Assembly: GCA_963795085.1 (NCBI GenBank)
Contig: CAWCFX010000001.1
Location: forward strand, 928,001-992,000
Length of the DNA: 64,000 nt
Direction of reading: 5' to 3'
From: an uncultured Gemmatimonadales bacterium
GTDB taxonomy: Bacteria; Gemmatimonadota; Gemmatimonadetes; Gemmatimonadales; GWC2-71-9
How positions within the stretch are numbered: the stretch's first letter is position 1; each line of letters begins with the position of its first letter. The translations under genes were made by a program, and so were the position numbers. A model generated the notes under the pieces. That model saw only the letters and a program-made list of their open reading frames with translations. It did not search any database and was not told the DNA's origin. Positions 46,157 to 55,692 of the stretch are shown here, piece by piece.

Positions 46157-46778
46157 CGCCTCCGGCTGGATCGCACTGGACCTGAGCGAGGTCCCGGTGA
46201 CCGCGGCGGCGCCCCACCCGGCTATCCCCGGGCTCGCGCTCCCGGAGCTTCCCGACCGGGTTCCTCCCGCCGAAGCCCGGCGGGAGGACGCCGGTGAGGC
46301 GGCGTACGAGCGCGGCTTTGCCGATGGCATGGACGCCGGGCTTCGCCGGGCCACCGAACAAATCCGCCCCCTGTCCCAGGCGCTGGAACACGTCGGCCGG
46401 GCCCTGGCGGCGAGCCAGGAAGATTTCGTGCTGGACCTCTCGCGCAACCTCTCCGCCCTGGCGATCGCGGTGGCCGAAAAAGTCATCCAGCGGGAAATCA
46501 CCGCGGACCCCGGGATCGTGGCGGAGCTGGTAGAGCGGGCGATCGCCCTGCTTCCCCAGGATACCGTGTTCACCATCCGGCTCAATCCCCATGACCTGGA
46601 GCGGCTGGGCCACTCTGCGGTTCGCCAGGAGAACGCGCGCGGCGTGTCCATGGCGTGGATCGCGGATCCTAACCTCGAGCCGGGAAGTTTTCTCCTGCAG
46701 ACACCGGCCCGCCTGGTGGATGGCCGGACCGACGTATCGCTCCGTATGCTCTATGACCGGCTGGCGTACGATGAGTAG
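46137..46778 (+). CDS. fliH: Export apparatus protein FliH
   Basis: AYERGFADG GxxxG repeat, AIAVAEKVIQREI, IRLNPHD, ADPNLEPG; between fliG and fliI. Confidence 0.85.
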   Translation: MMRSSTDASGWIALDLSEVPVTAAAPHPAIPGLALPELPDRVPPAEARREDAGEAAYERGFADGMDAGLRRATEQIRPLSQALEHVGRALAASQEDFVLDLSRNLSALAIAVAEKVIQREITADPGIVAELVERAIALLPQDTVFTIRLNPHDLERLGHSAVRQENARGVSMAWIADPNLEPGSFLLQTPARLVDGRTDVSLRMLYDRLAYDE

Positions 46779-48120
46779 CGCCGCGACCACGCCGGTCCTG
46801 GACCGGGCGCTCGACCGGGTCGGCGCGCTGCCCCGGTTCGTCGTCTATGGCCGGGTCACCCGGGTCATCGGCCAGGTGGTGGAGGTTTCCTCTATGCCGG
46901 TCGCCGTGGGCGAGGTCTGCCGGATCGCGCCCGACGATCACGCCGGGATCATCGCGCAGGTGGTCGGATTCCACGAGGGCGGCGTGATGCTGATGCCGCT
47001 GGGCGATCTCCAGGGCGTGCATCCCGGCGCCATGGTCATCCCCATGGGGCGGGCGCTCTACGCCGAAGTCGGCGAGGGACTGATCGGCCGGGTGCTGGAC
47101 GGGCTGGGTCACCCGATCGACGGCCGGGGCCCGGTAGGGGCGACCCGCCGCTGCCCGCTCACCGCGGAGCCGCCCAACCCGCTGGAGCGGGCCCGGATTA
47201 CCACGCCCCTGGGGACCGGCGTGCGCGCCATCGACGGGCTGATCACCCTCGGCCTGGGGCAGCGTATCGGCATCATGGCCGGCAGCGGGGTCGGCAAGAG
47301 CGTGCTCATGGGCATGGTCGCCCGGAATTCCACCGCCGACATCAACGTCATCGCCCTGGTGGGCGAGCGGGGCCGCGAGGTCCGCGATTTCATTGAGCGG
47401 GACCTGGGACCGGAGGGTCTCCGGCGCTCGGTCATGGTGGTGGCCACCAGCGACCAGGCGGCGGTGGTGCGGGCCACCTGCGCGCTGGTCGCTACCGCCA
47501 TCGCAGAGTATTTCCGGGGCAACGGACGCAACGTGCTGCTCATGATGGATTCGGTGACCCGGGCGGCCATGGCCTGGCGCGAGATCGGCCTGGCGGTGGG
47601 CGAACCGCCCACCACGAAAGGCTATCCGCCGTCGGTGTTCGCCATGCTGCCCCGCCTGCTGGAGCGGGCCGGCACCGCCCGGCAGGGGAGTATTACCGGC
47701 CTGTATACCGTGCTGGTCGAAGGCGACGACTTCAACGAGCCGGTGGCGGACGCCACCCGCTCGATCCTGGACGGGCACATCGTGCTCAGCCGCAAACTGG
47801 CGGCCGCCAAGCATTTCCCGGCGATTGACGTGCTGGAAAGCGTCAGCCGGGTGCGCGACGACGTGGTGCCCCGCGACCAACTGACCGCCGCGAACGGGTT
47901 TCTCCAGCTGGAGGCCGCCTACCGGGCCCAGGAGGACCTGATCGCGGTGGGCGCCTACAAGAGCGGGACCGACCGGCAGGTAGATACCGCGCTGGCCATG
48001 CGCGCGGAGTGCCAGGCGTTTCTGCGGCAGGATTCGACAGAACATTCCAGCCTGACCGATACCAGGAGCCAATTGCTGGCCCTGGCCGGCCAGGCGCAGA
48101 CACGCCAAGGAGCGCGGTGA
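46771..48120 (+). CDS. fliI: Flagellar export ATPase FliI
   Basis: GQRIGIMAGSGVGKS, GERGREV, MDSVTR, GEPPTTKGYPPS, SILDGHIVLSR. Confidence 0.96.
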   Translation: MSSAATTPVLDRALDRVGALPRFVVYGRVTRVIGQVVEVSSMPVAVGEVCRIAPDDHAGIIAQVVGFHEGGVMLMPLGDLQGVHPGAMVIPMGRALYAEVGEGLIGRVLDGLGHPIDGRGPVGATRRCPLTAEPPNPLERARITTPLGTGVRAIDGLITLGLGQRIGIMAGSGVGKSVLMGMVARNSTADINVIALVGERGREVRDFIERDLGPEGLRRSVMVVATSDQAAVVRATCALVATAIAEYFRGNGRNVLLMMDSVTRAAMAWREIGLAVGEPPTTKGYPPSVFAMLPRLLERAGTARQGSITGLYTVLVEGDDFNEPVADATRSILDGHIVLSRKLAAAKHFPAIDVLESVSRVRDDVVPRDQLTAANGFLQLEAAYRAQEDLIAVGAYKSGTDRQVDTALAMRAECQAFLRQDSTEHSSLTDTRSQLLALAGQAQTRQGAR

Positions 48121-48566
48121 TGGGATTTGTATTCCGGCTGGAACGGCTGCTCAGCCTTCGGGAGCGGGAAGAGAAGACCCGGGCCGGCGACCTGGCGCAG
48201 GCGCTGCAGGCCGAGGTGCAGTTGCGCCAGGCGCTGGAGGCGGCCACCGAACGGCTCTCCCGGGCCAGCCAGGAGATGGGCCGCCGCACCGGCCGGGTGA
48301 CGCCGGTCGGCACCCTGCGGAACCTGGCGCTGACGGTCGAGGCCGCCGCCCGCAACGTGGATGAGGCGGAAGTGTCCCATCACCAGGCCGTCGCCGGCCG
48401 GGAAGCGGAACAGGAGCGATTCGTCGCCGCCCGGAAGGACCGGAGGGCGGTGGAGCGGCTGCGCGAGATCCGCAGCGAAGTCTGGCACCATGAGGCTGGG
48501 CGCAAGGAGCAGCACGAGACGGACGAAATTGCCGGCCAGCGGCACCGGAGGCGGGAGACGAAATGA
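48120..48566 (+). CDS. fliJ: Export protein FliJ
   Basis: MGFVFRLERLLSLRE, coiled coil, ERLRE...EQHETDE. Confidence 0.85.
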   Translation: MGFVFRLERLLSLREREEKTRAGDLAQALQAEVQLRQALEAATERLSRASQEMGRRTGRVTPVGTLRNLALTVEAAARNVDEAEVSHHQAVAGREAEQERFVAARKDRRAVERLREIRSEVWHHEAGRKEQHETDEIAGQRHRRRETK

Positions 48567-49123
48567 TCAAGCTCATCCTGGCGGGTGCCATCGTTTTCGC
48601 GGTGGCCATGGGCGGCGCGACCGGGTTCGTCATCTGGCGGACCCCGGCCCCGGCCGCGCTGGACAGTACCGCGCATGATGCCGGGGCGGACTCCACGGCT
48701 CTGGGCACCGGCGCGGCCCACCCAACGACGCCTGCCGTTGATTCCGGCCCGGCGCCCACGGCGGTGGCCGATTCCCATTCGGCTCCGGCCGTCAGCGGGC
48801 CCGCAGCGGCGGACCCCGGATCGGTCCATGCTGTGGCACCCACGCCGACGGTGACTCCTCCGATGCCCCGGCTCACGGCCATCGTGCAGCCCACCCAGGC
48901 CGACAGCCAGAAAGCGCTGCAGCAGCTGGCCCGCATCTTCACTTCGATGAAGCCGGCGGAAGCGGCCAAGATCATGGCGTTTCTCTCTGATTCCCAGGTG
49001 GAGGGCCTGCTCCGCCAGCTGGGCGTGCGCCAGGCGGCGCAGTTGCTCACCGAGCTTCCGACCGAGCGCGCCGCGGTGCTGAGCCGCCGGCTGCTCGACA
49101 CCCAGACCGTGGGGGCACGATGA
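48563..49123 (+). CDS. MotE/FlbB/YlxF-like membrane protein (MgtE N-terminal-like domain)
   Basis: N-terminal TM; LARIFTSMKPAEAAKIM...AAQLLTELP; typical position after fliJ. Confidence 0.7.
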   Translation: MIKLILAGAIVFAVAMGGATGFVIWRTPAPAALDSTAHDAGADSTALGTGAAHPTTPAVDSGPAPTAVADSHSAPAVSGPAAADPGSVHAVAPTPTVTPPMPRLTAIVQPTQADSQKALQQLARIFTSMKPAEAAKIMAFLSDSQVEGLLRQLGVRQAAQLLTELPTERAAVLSRRLLDTQTVGAR

Positions 49124-50229
49124 ACCCCGGGATGGTGACGGCAACGCCGGCCGCCCCGCAGGCTCGGAGGGCGGACCGCCGCCGGGAGGGCGAGGACGCG
49201 GCCCAGTTCGCGGAGGCGATGGCGCACGCGGTGACCGCGCCGATGGCTTCCGGAACGAAACCGGCGGACGAGGCCTCGAAATCGGCACCATCGGCCGTCG
49301 CGGCGAAGCCGGCCGCCGATGGAAAGGAGCCGGAACCAGCCACTGGCCCCGATAGCCTGAAGGGAAGGGAGACCAAGGAATCCGGCGAGCGCCGGGGCCT
49401 GGCCCAGCGGGAACCGGGAGGCGAAGCTCCGCCGGCGGGAGAACCGCGATCCGAGGCCGAGAATACCGTGACCGAGCCCGCCCGGGGAGCCGCGGGGCGG
49501 GTCCAGTTGCCGGCCGGAATGATTGCCCAGGAGGTTGTGCTGCCGCTGGCGGCCGCAAAGGGAAATGCAGCCACCCAACCGACACTGGAGCCAGCCGGCG
49601 GACCGGCCGCGGCGCCCGCCGCCGTCGCGGCGGCGGGCGGGAGCCAGCCGGAGTCGGCGGCCGAAGAGCAGGGGCAGCAGGACCGGCCGCAGCCCGACCG
49701 CCCCCAGCCGGAAGGAGTGGCCGGCAGGACCGCGGGGGACAGTGCATCAATCCCAGCCGCCCGGTTCGATGCGGGGCCGATGCCGGGCCGGGCCGCCGGC
49801 CTCGACGTGAGGGAGGGATCCGCTCTTCCGCTCCGGGCCCCAGCGCCGGCGTCGCCCGTGGTTTCCCGGCCGCCGGTGACGGAAGTCGCGCTGCAGCTGC
49901 AGGGGGAACTGGGTGTCGAAGGCCGGCTTCGCGTGGCGCTCCGGGGGGATACTCTCCGCGTCATCATCCACGCGACCGATCCCCGGGCCGCGCTCCAGTT
50001 GGGCGCGCGGATGGAGGAGCTGCAGCGGAACCTCGCGGTGCGCGGTTTCTCGGAAACCCGGATTGAAATCCACCATACGGGCGGGCAGGGCACCCGGACC
50101 GGCGAAGGCGGCGAGGAGACTCACCGGGAACGGTCCGGCGAGCAGGATCCGCGTCACCCGCGGCAGGACCCCCACAAGCAGCGTGACGACGCCCGCCGCC
50201 GCGCATTCCTCGACGATTTCTGGAGGTAG
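49120..50229 (+). CDS. fliK: Hook-length control protein FliK-like
   Basis: Long Pro/Ala-rich disordered region, then a compact beta-rich domain (LRVALRGDTLRVII...LQRNLAVRGF); directly before flgD. Confidence 0.65.
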   Translation: MNPGMVTATPAAPQARRADRRREGEDAAQFAEAMAHAVTAPMASGTKPADEASKSAPSAVAAKPAADGKEPEPATGPDSLKGRETKESGERRGLAQREPGGEAPPAGEPRSEAENTVTEPARGAAGRVQLPAGMIAQEVVLPLAAAKGNAATQPTLEPAGGPAAAPAAVAAAGGSQPESAAEEQGQQDRPQPDRPQPEGVAGRTAGDSASIPAARFDAGPMPGRAAGLDVREGSALPLRAPAPASPVVSRPPVTEVALQLQGELGVEGRLRVALRGDTLRVIIHATDPRAALQLGARMEELQRNLAVRGFSETRIEIHHTGGQGTRTGEGGEETHRERSGEQDPRHPRQDPHKQRDDARRRAFLDDFWR

Positions 50230-50233
50230 CACG

Positions 50234-50884
50234 ATGATTTCTTCCATCAACGGCATCGGCTTCGGCGGGACCGCCACGCCGGTTCGCAAGACGGAAATGG
50301 ACCGCGATGCGTTCCTGACCCTGCTGGTTGCCCAGCTCAAGCACCAGGATCCCACCAGCCCGCTGCAGCCCCACGAGTTCGCCGCGCAGCTGGCCCAGTT
50401 TTCGTCGGTCGAGCAATTGACCGAGCTCAACGCCCGGTTCGAGGCCCAGGCGCAGGCCACCCAGCTCTCCACGCTGGTGGGGCAGACCTCGCTCAGCGCG
50501 GCGCTGATCGGCCGGGTGGTCGTGGCCGAAGGCAACCAGGTGAGCATCCCGTCGGGAGGCGCCGGCGAAATCCGGGTGGACATCGGGGGAACCGGCGGCG
50601 TAGCCAGATTGCGGCTGCTCGATGCCAAGGGCCAGGCCGTGGCCGAGCGGGACCTGGGCCAGCTGCCCCCCGGCAGCCAGACCCTGATGCTGCCGGCCGA
50701 CCTCCCGCCCGGCGACTATCACTACGCGCTCGAAGTTACCGGGCCGAACAGCTCGGTGGTCCCGGTGACAACCTATACCACGGGCACGGTGAGCGGCGTG
50801 TCGTTCCAGAACGGGCAGATCATGCTCCGGCTGGGCGGCATTGAAGTGACGCTGGAATCCCTGGCCGCGATCGAGCCGGCCTGA
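50234..50884 (+). CDS. flgD: Hook capping protein FlgD
   Basis: MDRDAFLTLLVAQLKHQDPTSP, AQLAQFSSVEQL; GGAGG SD. Confidence 0.95.
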   Translation: MISSINGIGFGGTATPVRKTEMDRDAFLTLLVAQLKHQDPTSPLQPHEFAAQLAQFSSVEQLTELNARFEAQAQATQLSTLVGQTSLSAALIGRVVVAEGNQVSIPSGGAGEIRVDIGGTGGVARLRLLDAKGQAVAERDLGQLPPGSQTLMLPADLPPGDYHYALEVTGPNSSVVPVTTYTTGTVSGVSFQNGQIMLRLGGIEVTLESLAAIEPA

Positions 50885-50937
50885 ACGAAACCCCCGCGGC
50901 ATCGTGACGCCGCCAACTTGAACCAGGAGTCTGCCGT

Positions 50938-52179
50938 ATGATGCGCGCGCTTTTCGCTGGGGTGTCCGGGCTGCGGAGCCACCAGACCAAGATGGACGTG
51001 ATCGGCAACAATATCGCCAATGTGAATACCGTCGGCTTCAAGGCCTCGCGGGTGACCTTCAAGGAGGCCTTCGTGCAGCTGATCCGCGGGGCGTCCCGGC
51101 CGGGGACGCTGGGCGGGACCAACCCGGTGCAGATCGGTACCGGCGTGAACGTCGGCAGCATTGACCAGCTGTTTACCCAGGGCAGCCTGGAGACGACCGG
51201 CCTGCCGCTCGACATGGCGATCCAGGGTAACAGCCTGTTCGTGTTGAGCGACGGTGGACGCCAGCTCTACAGCCGGGCCGGGGACTTCCGGCTGGACGCC
51301 TCGGGCCGTTTGACCTCCGGGTCCGGGCTGGCGGTGCAGGGGATCAACGCCGACGCCCAGGGCAACTTTTCGTCCTCGTCCAGTATCGGCGATATCGTTA
51401 TCCGCACCGATCAGCGGTCTCCCGCTCAGCAGACCAGCCAGCTCACCCTGGCCGGCAACCTGGACACGGGCGCGGCGGTCGGCGATACCCACTCCATGAG
51501 CATTACCGCCTACGACAGCGCCGGCGCTCGCCATGACCTCCAGCTGGTCTTCACCAACACCGGTCCCGGCACCTGGGACTGGAACGCGACCAGCGCGACC
51601 GGCGCGGTGACCCCGGCGACGCCCGGCACCGTGGCCTTCAATCCCAACGGCAGCCTGGCTTCCTTTACCCATCCGGGCGGCGCCAACTTCACCTTCACGC
51701 CAACCGGCGGTACGGCCATCGCGATGACCGTCAACTCCGGCACCGTCGCCGGCTTCGATGGGCTGACCGGCTTTGCCAACCCGTCCAACGCGGTCGTCAA
51801 CAGCCAGAACGGCTACGCCTCGGGCGACCTCACCAACATCAGCGTGGATTCGACCGGGATGATCACCGGCTACTTCTCCAACGGCGTGAGCCGGAGCCTG
51901 TCCCAGGTCGCGCTGGCCACCTTCAACAACCCGGCCGGCCTGCTCAGCTCGGGCGACGGAGCCTTCCTCGAATCGCCCAATTCGGGCCTGGCCGTCATCG
52001 GCTTCGCCGGGACGACCAATCCCTCGAGTATCACGGCGGGCGCGCTGGAATCGTCCAACGTGGACATCTCCCAGGAGTTCACCAACATGATCATCGCCCA
52101 GCGGGGTTTCCAGGCCAACGCGCGGGTGATTTCCACCGCCGACGACATGCTCCAGGAGCTGGTGAATATCCGTCGTTAA
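50938..52179 (+). CDS. flgE: Hook protein FlgE
   Basis: MDVIGNNIANVNTVGFK, YSRAGDF, LESSNVDISQEFTNMIIAQRGFQAN. Confidence 0.96.
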   Translation: MMRALFAGVSGLRSHQTKMDVIGNNIANVNTVGFKASRVTFKEAFVQLIRGASRPGTLGGTNPVQIGTGVNVGSIDQLFTQGSLETTGLPLDMAIQGNSLFVLSDGGRQLYSRAGDFRLDASGRLTSGSGLAVQGINADAQGNFSSSSSIGDIVIRTDQRSPAQQTSQLTLAGNLDTGAAVGDTHSMSITAYDSAGARHDLQLVFTNTGPGTWDWNATSATGAVTPATPGTVAFNPNGSLASFTHPGGANFTFTPTGGTAIAMTVNSGTVAGFDGLTGFANPSNAVVNSQNGYASGDLTNISVDSTGMITGYFSNGVSRSLSQVALATFNNPAGLLSSGDGAFLESPNSGLAVIGFAGTTNPSSITAGALESSNVDISQEFTNMIIAQRGFQANARVISTADDMLQELVNIRR

Positions 52180-52190
52180 CCCCTGATGGG

Positions 52191-52230
52191 CCGGGCCGGG
52201 AGCAGCACTCCCCGGCCCGGCAGCTTTTTC
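52191..52230 (+). terminator. Probable intrinsic terminator after flgE
   Basis: CCGGGCCGGG...CCCGGCCCGG stem followed by CAGCTTTTT. Confidence 0.55.
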
Positions 52231-52252
52231 CCTCCTTCGGAAGAGTCTTCCG
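52218..52252. promoter_or_regulatory. Paired 15-bp putative bEBP enhancer sites
   Basis: CGGCAGCTTTTTCCC (52218) and CGGAAGAGTCTTCCG (52238), 20 bp apart. Confidence 0.65.
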
Positions 52253-52407
52253 CCCGGAGGCGGCTCGCCCGTTCACCCCGGGCCCGGGCGGGCGCAGGAA
52301 ACGGTGCGCCGCCACGTAGTTCATTCCCCTGTAACCCCATTGTTCCGCGATAGTTAGCGGCTCCTCCCCTGCGGCTGGCCCACTTCGTTCTCCGCTTTCG
52401 CCCCATC

Positions 52408-52422
52408 TGGTATGCCGGTTGC
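52408..52422 (+). promoter_or_regulatory. sigma54 promoter of the fliL operon
   Basis: TGGTAT-GCCGG-TTGC(T). Confidence 0.85.
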
Positions 52423-52480
52423 TTTTCCTATCCCCGGAACGATGTGAGCAGGTCCTTTTTTTCCTCCTCGAATCCGGCGC

Positions 52481-52987
52481 ATGAGCGAAGCCCCAGCACC
52501 AACCGATACCCCGGCCGCCCCAGCCAAAAAGTCCCGCGGGATGCTCTATGGCATCCTGGGCGGGGCCGGCGTTCTCGGCGCCCTTGGCGGGTTCTTCCTG
52601 ATCGGTCCCCGGGTGGCCGGGGGGCACGCAGCCCCGGCCGACACCGCGGCCGCCGAGGCGGACGGCGGCGAGCATGAGACCGGGAAGGGCAAGATGGTCC
52701 GGCTCGACAACGTGATCGTGAATCCGGCCGGGTCGCAGGGGATGCGGTTCCTGATGATCTCGGTGGCCCTGGAGGTGACCGACCCCAAGGTGGAGAGCCA
52801 CCTGCGGGAGCGGGACGTGGAGCTGCGCGACGCGCTGATCACCATCCTGAGCGGCATGAGCATGGAGGTGTTGAGCGCGCCGGCGGGCCGTGACTCGGTC
52901 AAGCAGCGGATCGGGACAGCCGCGCAGGCCGTGGTGGGCCATCCCGCCCGGATCCGGGTGTTCCTCCCCCAGTTCGTGATCCAGTAA
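52481..52987 (+). CDS. fliL: Basal body-associated protein FliL
   Basis: N-terminal TM; VIVNPAGS, RFL, LRDALITILS, FLPQFVIQ. Confidence 0.92.
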   Translation: MSEAPAPTDTPAAPAKKSRGMLYGILGGAGVLGALGGFFLIGPRVAGGHAAPADTAAAEADGGEHETGKGKMVRLDNVIVNPAGSQGMRFLMISVALEVTDPKVESHLRERDVELRDALITILSGMSMEVLSAPAGRDSVKQRIGTAAQAVVGHPARIRVFLPQFVIQ

Positions 52988-52989
52988 CC

Positions 52990-53988
52990 ATGAGCATCGA
53001 GCGACTTTCCCAGCGGGACATCGACTCCCTGCTTCGCGGCAGCGAGCCGGACGCGCCCCAGGGCGTGGGCCCCGACGTCGTCCCCTACAACTTCATCCGC
53101 CCGCCCCGGGTCTCCAAGGACCGGCGCACCACCCTGCAGGCGATCTACACCAGCTTCGCGCTCAACGTCCAGGCGCTGCTGTCCTCCCGGCTGCGGTCCC
53201 CGCTCGACGTGGTCGTTTCGTCCATTGAGCAGGCCACCTTCGGCGAGTTCCTGCTGTCGCTGGGCTCGCCCTGCGCGGCCTTCGTCTTCGCCACCGGCGG
53301 CCCGGCGCCCAGCCATGGCGTGCTGGATGTCGGGTCCACGATCTCGGAATACCTGGTGGACCGGCTCTTCGGCGGCCCCGGCGAGCCGACCGCCCAGCGG
53401 CGGCCGCTGACCCAGCTGGAAACGGTGGTGGTCCGGAGCCTGGTGGAGCGGACCATGGTGCTGTTGCGGGAAGCGTGGAAAGATCACCTCCGGATCACCG
53501 GCGATGTGGTCGGCTTCGAGAGCGATCCCGACGCGCTGCAGATCACCAGCCGGGAAGACAACGTCCTCATCACCAATCTCGAGATCCGGGCCGGCACCAT
53601 GCGGGGATTCATGACCGTGTGCCTGCCCATGACCGTGCTGGAACCGTTTCTCCAGGAGGCCGTGGCCGGCCGCCGCACTGCCCGGCCCGGTTCCGAGCTG
53701 GCCGCCTCGCGGGCGCTGGTCAATTCCGGCCTGCAGCATGCCCACCTCTCGGTATCCGCCCGTTTCAGGGAAGTCTGGATGCCGGCCCGCGCGCTGGCCC
53801 AACTGCAGGTCGGCCAGGTGTTGCCGACCCGGCAGACGGTGGATGGCCCGGTCGAGATCCACGTCAACGGCAAGCTCCGCTTTGCCGGGAAGCTGGGCCA
53901 GGTCCGCAAGCGGGTCGCCGTGCACATCACGCAGTCCATTTCCGCTACGTCCCAGGACGGGCGCCATTCCACCAGAAGGGAGAGCTGA
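52990..53988 (+). CDS. fliM: Motor switch protein FliM
   Basis: LSQRDIDSLL CheY-binding motif, YNFIRPPRVSK, DRLFGG, RPLTQLE, C-terminal SpoA domain. Confidence 0.93.
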   Translation: MSIERLSQRDIDSLLRGSEPDAPQGVGPDVVPYNFIRPPRVSKDRRTTLQAIYTSFALNVQALLSSRLRSPLDVVVSSIEQATFGEFLLSLGSPCAAFVFATGGPAPSHGVLDVGSTISEYLVDRLFGGPGEPTAQRRPLTQLETVVVRSLVERTMVLLREAWKDHLRITGDVVGFESDPDALQITSREDNVLITNLEIRAGTMRGFMTVCLPMTVLEPFLQEAVAGRRTARPGSELAASRALVNSGLQHAHLSVSARFREVWMPARALAQLQVGQVLPTRQTVDGPVEIHVNGKLRFAGKLGQVRKRVAVHITQSISATSQDGRHSTRRES

Positions 53989-53991
53989 ACC

Positions 53992-54300
53992 GTGAGCCGG
54001 CAGGAATCCGTGGCACCCGAAACCAATGGCGGTACCCAGGTCACACCGTCGCTGGAAGCGTTGTTTGATGTCTCCATGCCCATGATCATCGAATTCGGCC
54101 GCGCCAGCATGACGGTGCAGGAGCTGCTCCAGCTGGGCACCGGGTCGGTGATCCAGCTCGATCGCATGGTGGGCGAGCCGGTGGATATCTACGTGAGCGA
54201 CCGGCGGCTCGCCCAGGGCGAGGTCGTGGTGATCGGCGAGTACTTCGGCATCCGGATCACCCGGATCCTGAGCGGCCCCGGCCAGGAAAGCGCGGCCTGA
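53992..54300 (+). CDS. fliN: Motor switch protein FliN
   Basis: LFDVSM, LGTGSVIQLDRMVGEPVDI, AQGEVVVIGEYFGIRIT. Confidence 0.95.
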   Translation: MSRQESVAPETNGGTQVTPSLEALFDVSMPMIIEFGRASMTVQELLQLGTGSVIQLDRMVGEPVDIYVSDRRLAQGEVVVIGEYFGIRITRILSGPGQESAA

Positions 54301-54301
54301 G

Positions 54302-55423
54302 ATGCTGGGTAGTGCTTTCAGCCTGCTGGGCGCGCTCGCGGTAACCATCGGGCTGCTGATGCTGGCCATGCGGCTCCTCAAGCGGCTCCAGCAGCAGCAG
54401 TCGGGGGCCGGGAACGGGCCGGCTCGTCTCCAGCTGTTGCAGCGGCTCGCGGTGGGGCCCAAGCAGGGCGTCGGCCTGTTGCGGGTGGGGGACCGGGTGC
54501 TGGTGATCTCGATCTCCGAGCAGGGCAGCCGGATGCTGACGGAACTGGACGGCCCGGAGCGGGAGGCGGCGCTGGCCCCGGCCCCGGCCGAGCTGCCCTC
54601 GGTCGCCATGTTCCGGAAGGTTCCCATGCTGGCCCGGCTCTTCAGCCTGGCCGCCCTGTTGGTGCTGCTGCTGCCGGCGACGGGCCATGCCCAGCGGGTC
54701 GCGGCGCCCCAGGTGACTGCGCCTTCCGCGCCCTCGGTCTCCGCGCCCGGACTGCCCCAGGTTGACATCAAGGTGGGCGAGGGCGCCAACGCGCTCCGGC
54801 TCTCCGGCGCCGTGAGCCTGGTGGTGTTCATGGGCGTGCTGACCCTGCTGCCCGCCGTCTTTCTGCTGATGACCAGCTTTACCCGGATCCTGATCGTGCT
54901 CCACTTCCTCCGCTCGGCGCTGGGCACCCAGACGACACCACCCGGCCAACTGCTCGTGGCCATCGCGGTGCTGCTCACCGGCGTGGTGATGAACCCGGTG
55001 CTCCAGGAGACCAACCGGACCGCGGTCCAGCCCTACTTCAACGGGACCCTGGCCCAGGCGGACGCCTACAAGGGCGCCCTCAAGCCGTTCCGCGAGTTCA
55101 TGCTGGCCAACACCCGGGAACAGGATATCTCCCTGTTCGCCGACCTCACCCGGGGCGACCCGGTGGAAACGGTCGAGGACCTCCCTACGGTCACCATCGT
55201 GTCGGCGTTCGTCACCAGCGAGCTGCGGACCGCCTTCCAGATGGGCTTCGTCATCTTTCTCCCCTTCGTGGTGGTGGACCTCATCGTGGCCTCGGTGCTC
55301 ACCAGCCTCGGCATGTTCATGCTGCCGCCGGTGATGATCTCGCTCCCGTTCAAGCTGCTGCTCTTCGTGCTGGCCGACGGATGGACGCTGGTGGTCCAGA
55401 ACCTCGTCGCGAGTTTCCGCTGA
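54302..55423 (+). CDS. fliP: FliO-FliP fusion export-gate protein
   Basis: N-terminal FliO domain (TM plus RLAVGPKQGVGLLRVGDRVLVI) in frame with FliP (MTSFTRILIVL, AFVTSELRTAFQMGF, GMFMLPP, KLLLFVLADGW). Confidence 0.9.
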   Translation: MLGSAFSLLGALAVTIGLLMLAMRLLKRLQQQQSGAGNGPARLQLLQRLAVGPKQGVGLLRVGDRVLVISISEQGSRMLTELDGPEREAALAPAPAELPSVAMFRKVPMLARLFSLAALLVLLLPATGHAQRVAAPQVTAPSAPSVSAPGLPQVDIKVGEGANALRLSGAVSLVVFMGVLTLLPAVFLLMTSFTRILIVLHFLRSALGTQTTPPGQLLVAIAVLLTGVVMNPVLQETNRTAVQPYFNGTLAQADAYKGALKPFREFMLANTREQDISLFADLTRGDPVETVEDLPTVTIVSAFVTSELRTAFQMGFVIFLPFVVVDLIVASVLTSLGMFMLPPVMISLPFKLLLFVLADGWTLVVQNLVASFR

Positions 55424-55692
55424 TGTCCGCGACCCTGGCCCTCGAGCTGGTCCGCCGCGCGGTCCTGATCTGCCTGCTGGTGTCGGCTCCGCTGCTGGTG
55501 ACCGCGCTGGTGACCGGCGTCATCATGAGCCTGATCCAGGCGATCACCCAGGTCCAGGAACAGAGCTTGACCTTCGTGCCCAAGCTCCTGCTGATGGCGC
55601 TGGTGCTGCTGCTCACGCTGCCCTGGATGCTGAGCCAGCTGATGGAGTATCTCGTCGGCATCCTCCGCAGCCTCCCCGCGCTGGCCGCCTGA
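55423..55692 (+). CDS. fliQ: Export gate protein FliQ
   Basis: QAITQVQEQSLTFVPK; TGATG coupling. Confidence 0.95.
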   Translation: MSATLALELVRRAVLICLLVSAPLLVTALVTGVIMSLIQAITQVQEQSLTFVPKLLLMALVLLLTLPWMLSQLMEYLVGILRSLPALAA

